Shown here: positions 56,278-64,000 of the stretch, piece after piece
Layout: each line of letters starts with the position of its first letter
Position numbering within the stretch: position 1 is the first letter of the stretch
IMG/VR virus record: IMGVR_UViG_3300028800_000061
Span: 64,001-128,000 of that record
Length of the DNA: 64,000 bases
Direction: 5' to 3' (one strand)
Source: a virus
The notes under the pieces: model-generated
What the model was told of the DNA's origin: nothing
Seen by the model: the letters and a program-made list of their open reading frames with translations, nothing else
Database searches by the model: none
Made by a program: the position numbers and the translations under genes

Positions 56278-56594
56278 GTGATGGTGAGGGTGCCGCCCTG
56301 CAGCACCGGTGTTTCCGGGGATGCCGAAATCTGGACCCAGATGTCGTACGTCCCTGTTGCGAGCGTCACAGTTCCGGCCGGACCGACAAGGCACTGCGCC
56401 AGGTAAATCCCAGGAGCTGTCGATGTGTCCCACACAGCGGTTTTCCAGTCGCCGCTGCCGGGCGGGGCCCACGCCGCCATGAACGCCATCTTCACCGTGT
56501 CTGATGTCGGGTCGATTGCCGCACCGGATTCGATTGCCTCAATCGGGACCTGGACGTACACAGTGGAGAGCACGGAGATAGTCACATTGGCCAC
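56274..56594 (-). CDS. Ig-like structural protein (BppU-like)
   Basis: DPTSD.V..AF..W..A.W..A.CLVGP..L..GTY..WV.I...PE.PV. Confidence 0.6.
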   Translation of the reverse strand: MANVTISVLSTVYVQVPIEAIESGAAIDPTSDTVKMAFMAAWAPPGSGDWKTAVWDTSTAPGIYLAQCLVGPAGTVTLATGTYDIWVQISASPETPVLQGGTLTIT

Positions 56595-56890
56595 GCCGCG
56601 CCCCCCTGCTGGTGCCTGGTTTAAGCGGGACGAGCGCAGGACGCGGTAGCTGATGTGCGGGACCACCGAAAGGACGCAGTCCCTCCCGTGACCTTGGCTC
56701 CCTGCTGGCCCATGCCCATGGCGCAGCTGGGTGGCTTTAACGCCCGTCCCGGGTTGTGGTGGGGGGTCTTGGCGGGGGGTCGTGTGGGCGTCGCCCGGCA
56801 CCAGATTTTGACGGCATAAGCCTGATGTGGTCGGCCCGAAGTGCAAAATTCAGGAAAGTTGCTCTAAGTAGCGAAATGGTTTGGCCGGTT

Positions 56891-56936
56891 ACGGACAGTG
56901 GCCGGACACTGTGTGTAGTGGCCGGCCACTGTCCGT
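56891..56936. terminator. 15-bp inverted repeat after the 56943 stop
   Basis: ACGGACAGTGGCCGG/CCGGCCACTGTCCGT. Confidence 0.55.
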
Positions 56937-56942
56937 GATTGG

Positions 56943-57557
56943 CTACTTGCCGTTGCGACGGTTGCGGCGTGCCGTTGCCGGCGTGGTGGCCGGAACGGTG
57001 GCCGGAACGGTCTCCGTGTCCGTGGCCGGAACGGTCTCCGTGTCCGTGGCAACGGTGGCCGGAACGGTCTCCGTGTCTCCGGCCGGAACGGTCTCCGTGT
57101 CGTTACCCTCGGACGGCCCTGTAGTGGACTCTGCGCTGTCCGGAACGGTCTCCGTGTCTCCGGCCGGAACGGTGGCCGGAACGGTCTCCGTGGCCACTAC
57201 AGTCACGGGCAGGGACTCTGCCATGCGGAGCGACTGATTGGCCGGCCGTCCGGCTGCGGCATTGGCGTGCTGGCGTTTGTCGCATGCGTTCTGCACACGG
57301 CAGTTTGGGCGGGTCTGAATGGCCTGGAACGGGAAGCCGCAATTGACACAGTGCGCGTATCCGGGCCGCAACGGCTGTCCGTTGCTGCCGGTCCGCAGGA
57401 TGGCGCTTCCGGTGAGCGCGTCCAATCCGGCCTGATTGGCGACGGGGTAGGTGAGTCCGGCTGCGGACAGTATGGCCATGGCGGCCGCTACCGCATCGGG
57501 GGTGGCATTGGCCTGTACAGCGCTGTCTGTGGCCGGGGGGCTAATGGTGTCGGTCAT
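56943..57557 (-). CDS. zinc-finger protein with TETVPA tandem repeats
   Basis: CVNC..C..C followed by repeats; own promoter TTGACA-N16-TAGGTT (57626-57599). Confidence 0.6.
   Translation of the reverse strand: MTDTISPPATDSAVQANATPDAVAAAMAILSAAGLTYPVANQAGLDALTGSAILRTGSNGQPLRPGYAHCVNCGFPFQAIQTRPNCRVQNACDKRQHANAAAGRPANQSLRMAESLPVTVVATETVPATVPAGDTETVPDSAESTTGPSEGNDTETVPAGDTETVPATVATDTETVPATDTETVPATVPATTPATARRNRRNGK
56986..57195. repeat. coding tandem repeat (CCGGAACGGT core, 8 copies)
   Basis: 12/24-bp units GGCCGGAACGGTCTCCGTGTC. Confidence 0.9.
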
Positions 57558-58536
57558 TGTCCTGGTCTCCGATCGGTTGGGATTTGCTTACATTCACCAA
57601 CCTAGTGGAGTGCGGACGCCTGTCAACACGTTTCGACCATACCGTTATGGACCTGTTATAAATGGTTGACGGTTAGCGGATCGCCGTTCGCCTGTCAACA
57701 TGTTACGGAGCCTGTTACCGTACCGTTATGCGGTTACCGTGTGTGACATACTGTTGTCAATACCGGCCCAGCCATTGTTACCGCATCGTTACTGCTATAC
57801 CTGCTATGCGGAGCACTAGCAGCAGTGTGAGCCGCCCCGCCGTGGGCTCGCGGCTCGGACGAACCTCCTGCCCGAGCCCGCCCGCACATCCGATCATGAT
57901 TAGAATTTTTTTTTCTGTTCCGAACCCGCTCGGTCTCGGCTCGGCGGCTCACCCGGGCGAGATCGGAGCGCGATCCAGCTCCGCGACCCGAGCGGGCTCT
58001 CGAGGCGGCCCGCCGCCCTGGAGCGATCCTCCGAGCAGGCCGCGATACCGGGATCGGCCCTCCGAGCGTGATCGCCCGATCGGGAACGATCCTCAGGGCA
58101 GGCTCCCCGACCGAGACCAGCTCTCCCAGGCGGGCTCGCCGATCCCGGTCCGATCACCGAGCGGGATCGCGCTCCGATCGCGGACCTATCTCACGGCCGC
58201 CCGCGAGCGCGCACCCATTCATGATTAGAATTTCTTTTTCTGTTCTAACTCGGATCTGAGATCGCGCTCGGATCGCGGCCGAGTGCGACTGGGGTGCTCC
58301 ACTCGGCGGGCTCTGCGCGGTTCGCCGCAGTGTGCGATCGTGTCCAGATCGCGGGCCCGGGCAGATCGCGCTCAGATCGTGCTCAGGTGTGGCGGGTGAG
58401 CTGCGGCCGCGAGCGGGATCGTGTCCCGATCGGGGATCGTGCTCCGATCGGGGTTGCGGTGTGTGAGCGCGACCGCACAGGTGGTTCGTGCGGTCGCGCT
58501 CACATCCCCAGGGCTCGCATACCCAGGGAGCATGGT

Positions 58537-58725
58537 CTACCCCCAGGCGTTCCACTCCCGGGGGTAGATGGTGGAGGTGAACCCGCACCCGGGGGTACGG
58601 CAGGTGCACGGGGCGAACACGATGATCGGGTCGCGGCCGATGATGGTTGCCACGTGGGTATCGGGGTTGTGCTCGGCGGTGGGCCGGGTGCCGCCGGCCA
58701 GCGGGGTCACCTGCCCGCTTGCCAT
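58537..58725 (-). CDS. small zinc-binding hypothetical protein
   Basis: PCTCRTPGCG. Confidence 0.45.
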   Translation of the reverse strand: MASGQVTPLAGGTRPTAEHNPDTHVATIIGRDPIIVFAPCTCRTPGCGFTSTIYPREWNAWG

Positions 58726-58895
58726 GACAGGCTCACCTGGTGGCCCTGGATGTACAGGTCGACGTAGGCGGTGTCGGTGCCCACCGCGATGTCGCGCCAT
58801 CCGTGAGCGTGGATCAGCTGGGTGCCCAGGAGCATAAGGGCGCCCAGGGCGAGCAGGCTTAGGGCGGCGGCGAGGGTAGCGCGGGTCTTTGGCAT
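58707..58895 (-). CDS. small membrane/secreted protein
   Basis: AGGAGG RBS; hydrophobic N-terminus. Confidence 0.55.
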   Translation of the reverse strand: MPKTRATLAAALSLLALGALMLLGTQLIHAHGWRDIAVGTDTAYVDLYIQGHQVSLSWQAGR

Positions 58896-58919
58896 GGGGT
58901 GCCTCCTGTAGCTGGTAGT

Positions 58920-58940
58920 TTGTCCTGGCGTGCAAGACAA
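58920..58940. promoter_or_regulatory. operator palindrome TTGTCCT-N7-AAGACAA
   Basis: Inside a longer inverted repeat TAGCTGGTA..TACCAGCTA; minus-strand TTGACA at 58966-58961. Confidence 0.7.
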
Positions 58941-59184
58941 ACATACCAGCTACGCGCGCGTGTCAACACGTTTTGCGGGTGTTTTCTGCGAACGTTTCCG
59001 CAGCTCAGGCGGCGTCGCCGACTGTGGTCACCAGCCGAGCGGCATGCTCACCGCGAGAGCAAACGCCACGTAGGCAAGTCCGGCCAGAACAAGAATTACG
59101 CGCATTGCGAGTTCCAATCTGTTCGTGAGCCCGTGCGGGCTAGGGGGTTCGTGTCAGCACGTTCCGCGGGGTGTTTTCTGCAGG

Positions 59185-59511
59185 TCAAACCCCCGCAATC
59201 GCCTTCTCTGCGAAATCGCGGATCGCCGCCGGCAAATCCAGGTCGTACGAGCCGCCACCACCGGTCCACCCGGCCTCGCCGTACCCCACCACATGGGTGC
59301 TGTACGTCACCTGCCCGCCGCGGTCGTGCTCGACCACGATCGCGTGCCGGCGCGGGTGCAAACTCGCATCGGGACGGAGCGCGAACGCGGCGATCACCGC
59401 ACCACCCTCAAACCGCTGCGGCGGATCCAGCTGGGGGCCCATGGCGTCGTAGGCGGCGCGCAGCCGCCCGCCGATGACCACCAGGCCGTCCGAGCTCGAC
59501 TGCCCGCTCAT
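59185..59511 (-). CDS. hypothetical protein
   Basis: ATGA overlap; YSTHVV..W..G.YDL.L..A..DF. Confidence 0.55.
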   Translation of the reverse strand: MSGQSSSDGLVVIGGRLRAAYDAMGPQLDPPQRFEGGAVIAAFALRPDASLHPRRHAIVVEHDRGGQVTYSTHVVGYGEAGWTGGGGSYDLDLPAAIRDFAEKAIAGV

Positions 59512-59816
59512 GCGAGATCGGGGCACTGCCGGCAGGGATAGTGACCCTGGTGAACTGTTATGTCCGGGTGACGGTGAGTGGGACGGACGTTCTGCACGCT
59601 GTCGGCCACGATGAAATCGCCTGACGTCATGTCGTCGTAGACCTTGGCGGCCAGGTAGGCGCTGAGCCTGTAGACCTCGCTTATGGCGGTGAGCAGCAAA
59701 CGCTGCGATGCCTTGTAAACGGGCTGGTTGCTCTGCGCGAGGCGGTGATCCTCCGCGCAGGACAAAGCGTAGTGCGTGTCCGCGACTTGCTGGCAGAGCT
59801 TCTGCTGGGGAGTCAT
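59508..59816 (-). CDS. hypothetical protein
   Basis: GGAGG RBS. Confidence 0.6.
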   Translation of the reverse strand: MTPQQKLCQQVADTHYALSCAEDHRLAQSNQPVYKASQRLLLTAISEVYRLSAYLAAKVYDDMTSGDFIVADSVQNVRPTHRHPDITVHQGHYPCRQCPDLA

Positions 59817-59841
59817 GCCTGTTGCCTCCGTGCCGTTTGGC

Positions 59842-59862
59842 TTGTCCTACCTACAAGGACAA
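59842..59862. promoter_or_regulatory. operator palindrome TTGTCCT-N7-AGGACAA
   Basis: Perfect consensus upstream of ATG 59816. Confidence 0.75.
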
Positions 59863-60236
59863 TCCAACCAGCCGCAGCAGTGCAACGGCAACCAACTCAA
59901 CAGAATTGTTAGCGAACGTTTTTGCCGTTCAGATCGTGTTCGCGGCTCTTCGAATCAGCCCCGCGATCCCGTTCCGATCGGGGATGGTGACCATCCCCGG
60001 CCCCGATCACGTTCCGATCCCGGATCGCGCTCCGATCTGCCCTCGGAACGTGATCCCCGATCCGCCGATCGCACTCAGATCGCCCGCGGCGAGCGAGCAC
60101 CACCGGTCCACGACCACCCGCGGCCCGCCCGCCCAATCATGATTAGAACTTTTTCAACCCGGATCGCGTTCAGATCTGCCCCCGAATGCCCGTGCGGCTC
60201 GCGAGCCGGCGTGACCCGCGAGCCGCACAAACCCGG

Positions 60237-60731
60237 TCAGGACCGCTTGTCCTCCATGCGGTTCAAGAGCGCCAGGCCGGCACCGACCGGGTTCTGCTCC
60301 TGAAACGCGCCGATGACCGCCGCCAGCATGTGGTTGTACTCACGATCGAACAGCTCCCGCTCCAGTGAGGTGCCGAAATCCACCGGGGAGCCGCCGGCGA
60401 GCGCTTCCTCCTGGTCCCACCGGGTGAACAGCAACTCCGCGGTGGCGGTGTTGAAGAACCACCAGTCGAGGTCCTCGTGGATAACCTGCGTGCGCTGCCG
60501 GGCCCCTTCGACCAGCGCTGCCGCCAACTCCGCGACCGGACCCTCATGCGCGCTCCGCACCTGGAAAGAGAGCCACTGCGCCCGCAGATTGTAAGCGCGA
60601 GCCAACGATTCGCTGACCCGCTCCAGGCGGATGACTCTATCGTTCACCGCATCCCGGAACCGCTTATCCGCCGCCTCCAAGATCTCCGACACCGTACGCT
60701 CCGCCTGCGTACCTGACTGCGCACCACTCAT
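60237..60731 (-). CDS. hypothetical helical protein
   Basis: GGGAGG RBS. Confidence 0.6.
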   Translation of the reverse strand: MSGAQSGTQAERTVSEILEAADKRFRDAVNDRVIRLERVSESLARAYNLRAQWLSFQVRSAHEGPVAELAAALVEGARQRTQVIHEDLDWWFFNTATAELLFTRWDQEEALAGGSPVDFGTSLERELFDREYNHMLAAVIGAFQEQNPVGAGLALLNRMEDKRS

Positions 60732-60745
60732 CGAACTACCTCCCA

Positions 60746-60778
60746 CTAGGTTTGTCCTACTTCCAAGGACAAACCTAG
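60746..60778. promoter_or_regulatory. operator palindrome CTAGGTTTGTCCT-N7-AGGACAAACCTAG with extended -10
   Basis: 13-bp perfect arms; minus-strand TGC-TAGGTT. Confidence 0.8.
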
Positions 60779-61090
60779 CAGCCACACACACCGCACAAGC
60801 AAACTCAACAGAACTGTAAACAACCAGGCACACCGCCCAGATCCGAGCGCGGTCACCCGCCCGTTCGCCACCCCATACGTTCGCCGAACAACCCCCCACG
60901 AGGACGAAAGCGAAAACCCTTCAGGGCGGGTGAGAGGCGCCGGGTACTCGGGGAACTACACCGGAACTCCTGAGGGAGCCTGCGGGAACGCTGATCGCCT
61001 GTGAGTCGCCGCAGATGGCCCTTCGCGGGGCGGGACTGCCGCACCCATTCATGATTAGAACTGCTCGGCGGGTTTTCGCACATTCTTGCG

Positions 61091-61134
61091 CATCCAGGTA
61101 CCCCCAGGGCGGGGGAATCGGGGGTACCTGGATG
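61091..61134. terminator. 15-bp inverted repeat after the 61141 stop
   Basis: CATCCAGGTACCCCC/GGGGGTACCTGGATG. Confidence 0.55.
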
Positions 61135-61140
61135 GGGGTG

Positions 61141-61626
61141 CTACCAGCCTGCTTCTGACCGGAACCGCATTCTGGTGACTTGCGTGACCGGGCCAGTAGC
61201 GCGGAGCGGCTGCGACGTAATCTCGAATGTGTCGATGTCTATGATCCGCAGTGCCGCCGGATCTCTTGCCGGGAGAACGAACAGCGAGTTGGTGCCCGCG
61301 TATACCTCCCGGTAGTAAACCGTGTTCCCGGCCATGCCCGTGACTCGCCGGATCGCCGCCGGTGGGCGGACAGGGCAATCGTGGGGCCGGATGACCTCAA
61401 GCTCGGTGCCGACAGTGATCCGGAGCTTGACGTCTCCCACGGTTACCATGCGGCCGCGGCGGGCGTCTGCTTGCCCGGTAGCGGTTATGTACACGGTGTA
61501 GGCCGCTCGGTCGGCGCAGTGGCGGCAATTATCGTCAGGGTGCTCGGCGGGATGCCACAGGCAGGTCGCGTGGTCCCTCAACCTTGCAGCGAGCGAGCCG
61601 GCGATCTCACGCCAGTTGGCGCTCAC
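61141..61626 (-). CDS. hypothetical protein
   Basis: AGGAG RBS; GTGA overlap; C..H..C..C. Confidence 0.55.
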   Translation of the reverse strand: MSANWREIAGSLAARLRDHATCLWHPAEHPDDNCRHCADRAAYTVYITATGQADARRGRMVTVGDVKLRITVGTELEVIRPHDCPVRPPAAIRRVTGMAGNTVYYREVYAGTNSLFVLPARDPAALRIIDIDTFEITSQPLRATGPVTQVTRMRFRSEAGW

Positions 61627-62060
61627 CGGGAGCGACTCCTGTTAGTGCGCCGGCGGACAAGCTCCGCAGTGCAGGCAAGGTAGGCGTTCTTTGCGTAAGG
61701 GCCGATGATGATGCCGAACTGGGAGAAGTCGGATCCGAGGATGTCCCGGACCTCGCCAAGGTCATCGTCGGTCAGTTTCGCGATCACCCCTGCGACAGGG
61801 CCTTCCATCTCGTCAGCGGATGCGAGCTCTTTGGCGACTTCCATCGCGATGAGTAGCCGCAACTTGGCGAGATCCGGGACATCGCCCGGGACGCAGGGCT
61901 GGTCCTCGTCGATCACCGCGAGGAGGGCCTGCGTGTGACGTCGCAGCTCGTAGTACCACTTCACGAGGACGCGCGCCGGGAGTAGCAGATCTTCGCGGGG
62001 CTGGATGTTGCTGGTCACGTAAGCGCGGGCTGCGATCACCCTCGGGTCGCCGGCGTTCAT
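61623..62060 (-). CDS. hypothetical protein
   Basis: ATGA overlap. Confidence 0.55.
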   Translation of the reverse strand: MNAGDPRVIAARAYVTSNIQPREDLLLPARVLVKWYYELRRHTQALLAVIDEDQPCVPGDVPDLAKLRLLIAMEVAKELASADEMEGPVAGVIAKLTDDDLGEVRDILGSDFSQFGIIIGPYAKNAYLACTAELVRRRTNRSRSR

Positions 62061-62521
62061 GACTGCGCCGGGCCAAGCTCGGCCACCATGACGTTCGCGG
62101 CGGCGACAGCTTCGGTGAGGATCAGCATGGCGAGCGGGGCGCCGGTCTGGTGCTGTGTGCGGCCGCCGATGGCCGCCCAGTCCGACCACGTGTCCTGCGC
62201 GACTATGCCTGGTGGTTCGGTGATGTCGTGGTCGTACTCGATGGCCCACCGGTACTCGCCGGGGTGACCGTAACCGCGGCCGTCTTGGACGGTGATGGTG
62301 ATGTTGGGCGGGCTGGTGAGCCAGCCACCATCGGCCACAGCTCCGATGAGAGTGTCGATGTCGTCACTGCCGATGGGGGCACCGGACGCGGGCCATGTGG
62401 CGCCGAGCATCAAGCCTGTCGTAGGGCCGTAGGTCCCCAGGGCGAAACCCTCGACCTGGGACATCGACAGGTACGTTTCGGTCTGCGGGTTCAGGATGAA
62501 CTGGCCATCTGGGGCGGTCAT
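62057..62521 (-). CDS. hypothetical protein
   Basis: ATGA overlap; C-terminus resembles the upstream gene. Confidence 0.6.
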   Translation of the reverse strand: MTAPDGQFILNPQTETYLSMSQVEGFALGTYGPTTGLMLGATWPASGAPIGSDDIDTLIGAVADGGWLTSPPNITITVQDGRGYGHPGEYRWAIEYDHDITEPPGIVAQDTWSDWAAIGGRTQHQTGAPLAMLILTEAVAAANVMVAELGPAQS

Positions 62522-63051
62522 GGCTTCACCAGCACTTCGGTGAGCGCACGCAGCAGGGCGTCGGTTTCCTCGGCCGCTTCGACCAGGATCAGCATGGCGA
62601 ACTCGGCAGTATCCGCCGGGCGTTTGCCATCACCGTCCATGCCGATTTCATCCAGGGGCCTGGGCGCGGTGGACACGATGTACGGATCCGCCATCCAGGT
62701 TGGCGGGCTGAACTGGATGAACCAGGCGTAGCGGGGATCGCCGTCCGCGAGAGTGTGCTCCTCGTTGGTGGTGATCCCGATGGTCAGATGGTCCGGAACC
62801 CGGATGATTTCCTTGGCGGCGGCCCAGTGGATCAGGTCGGAAACATCTTGGCCATCCATGTAGTCATCGGAGGCCCAGCCGCGGCCGAGGGACAGCTCCG
62901 GCGGCAAATGCTCCGCGTGGGCTTCTACGCTCGTGCTCACTGTGCCGTGCTCGTCGGTCAGTGCTGCGGTGAGCAGTTTCATGCCGGGATCGTGGTCGTA
63001 CTCGATGCGCACGGCCGGTTGCGGGACCGGCCGTAGTCGTTGGGCTGCCAT
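62518..63051 (-). CDS. hypothetical protein
   Basis: AGGAGG RBS before ATG 63051. Confidence 0.6.
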   Translation of the reverse strand: MAAQRLRPVPQPAVRIEYDHDPGMKLLTAALTDEHGTVSTSVEAHAEHLPPELSLGRGWASDDYMDGQDVSDLIHWAAAKEIIRVPDHLTIGITTNEEHTLADGDPRYAWFIQFSPPTWMADPYIVSTAPRPLDEIGMDGDGKRPADTAEFAMLILVEAAEETDALLRALTEVLVKP

Positions 63052-63071
63052 GGGACGCGCCTCCTGGTAGG

Positions 63072-63092
63072 TTGTCTCTATTACTAGGACAA
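63072..63092. promoter_or_regulatory. operator palindrome TTGTCTC-N7-AGGACAA
   Basis: Inside CTGGTAGGTTGTC..GACAACCTTACCAG; minus-strand -10 TAAGGT. Confidence 0.7.
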
Positions 63093-63149
63093 CCTTACCA
63101 GTTAGCGCGTGCGTGCGGCGTGCCTGCGTGCCAGTTCTGCGAGTGCGTT

Positions 63150-63587
63150 CTACCTGCGGGACAGCCACGCCGCGGGGATCGGCGCTCCGCTCACGAACCC
63201 GGTTTCCGCCGCGGCCTCCAGGAAGTCCTGGGCGCCCGCGGCCTCGTTGACCGCAGCGGCGCGGTCGTCGGAGTTGAGGTTGTGATCGAGCAGGACCCGC
63301 GGCAGTTCGACCAGTGCGTCGATCGCGTCGCGGTACACGGCCATCACCGCGTTCCGCACGCCGTGGCCGTTGTTGACGCGCTCGAGCACGTTGGCTGGCC
63401 AGATTGCCCGGCCGGCGGCCCGGATCGCTGACGGGCTGAGATAGCGGGATCGCTCGCGCTCACGGTCGTAGCGAGCTGTGCCGTCGAGGCATTCGTTCAT
63501 GTACTCGCCGAGAGCGCGGCCGGGAGCCGTTTTGAGCGTGGCCAGGTCGAATCTGCGATGCGCGGTGGCCTGTGTGGTGGTGGGCAT
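63150..63587 (-). CDS. hypothetical protein
   Basis: GGAGG RBS before ATG 63587. Confidence 0.6.
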   Translation of the reverse strand: MPTTTQATAHRRFDLATLKTAPGRALGEYMNECLDGTARYDRERERSRYLSPSAIRAAGRAIWPANVLERVNNGHGVRNAVMAVYRDAIDALVELPRVLLDHNLNSDDRAAAVNEAAGAQDFLEAAAETGFVSGAPIPAAWLSRR

Positions 63588-63603
63588 GGTGCCTCCGTTT
63601 ACG

Positions 63604-63624
63604 TTGTCCTTACTGTCAGGACAA
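63604..63624. promoter_or_regulatory. operator palindrome TTGTCCT-N7-AGGACAA
   Basis: Arms extend to TTACGTTGTCCT/AGGACAACGTAA; minus-strand TGT-TACGTT extended -10. Confidence 0.8.
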
Positions 63625-63924
63625 CGTAACATTGCGGGGCTGCACACGGGCATATTTCGGGGGTGTATTCGGTGTGTCGCGGGACTGTGCGCCCTTGCGG
63701 CATAACCGGAGGGCGCGAGGCGGGCCGGTTGTTGCCGGCCGGTGAGCGACCACAAGAATGATCATGGGTCGGGCTGGTCAGCGGGTAGCAGGCCTAACCG
63801 GAGGATTCGCGTGTGGTGCCCGCGAGCGCCGTGCAGTTCCACCGGCGGCAGCCCGAGTGCGCCCATTCATGATTAGAGCCCCGCCACTCGCGGCCGTGCT
63901 CTTGTGCTGGTTGTGAGCCAGGTC

Positions 63925-63974
63925 TGGACAGTGCCTTGTACGTACAATAAGGTATGTCTAGACAGTGTTGACAA
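63925..63974 (+). promoter_or_regulatory. rightward promoter TGGACA-N17-TAAGGT for a gene beyond the window
   Basis: Spacer contains TTGTACGTACAA; degenerate TGTC-N11-GACA follows; AGGAGG RBS at the window end. Confidence 0.6.
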
Positions 63975-64000
63975 CGTCCCCGGCACCCCGCAGGAGGCTC

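Larger units (their letters stand above)
57894..63877 (+). repeat. dispersed TCATGATTAGA motif, 5 copies
   Basis: Copies at 57894, 58219, 60137, 61049 and 63867, all intergenic and in the same orientation. Confidence 0.85.
1..64000. mobile_element. actinobacterial siphovirus-like phage-plasmid or prophage (partial)
   Basis: Head, tail and lysis modules next to ParA and a plasmid-type Rep; no host housekeeping genes; a regulatory palindrome shared by both ends. Confidence 0.8.

Noticed and set aside
56700-56880. cos/pac site or late promoter in the G-run and AT-rich stretch
   Set aside because: Plausible position, but no diagnostic motif and no terminase nearby to support it
56986-57195. Possible CRISPR array
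   Set aside because: Repeats are contiguous, in frame and lack unique spacers; no cas genes

Overview
High-GC actinobacterial sequence that reads as most of a temperate siphovirus-like phage-plasmid. Left arm (1-17.9 kb): small early/accessory genes (PadR, Xis-like HTH, PNK-like kinase, NADAR), a plasmid-type maintenance module (8-bp repeat arrays, ParA plus partner, mycobacterial-plasmid-type Rep), a BldC-like regulator, a ParB/Srx-domain protein and a GT2 synthase plus GH26 hydrolase pair. At 18.1-19.75 kb sits a solo TnpB whose RuvC-III Asp is replaced by Arg, followed by an omega-RNA-like structured region. A minus-strand late operon runs from about 56.6 kb to 20.0 kb: portal, MuF, protease/scaffold, major capsid, head-tail genes, tail tube, chaperones, tape measure, tail proteins, GH25 endolysin, papain-like peptidase and holin. 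The right end (54.5-64 kb) holds small genes whose promoters share palindromic motifs. Main findings: (1) a 266-nt ORF-less group I intron (43270-43535) interrupts the major capsid gene, and splicing restores a 624-aa protein; (2) a C-CCA-AAA -1 frameshift would join portal(+ParB domain) to MuF, using the same heptamer as the tail-chaperone frameshift; (3) the probably nuclease-dead TnpB has a candidate guide with an 11-nt exact match upstream of two of the element's own promoters; (4) a repeated TTGTCCT-N7-AGGACAA operator, a TCATGATTAGA motif and very GATC-dense spacers organise the right-hand gene cassettes. No terminase, integrase, tRNA or CRISPR array was recognised. All calls come from reading motifs by eye; no database search was run.
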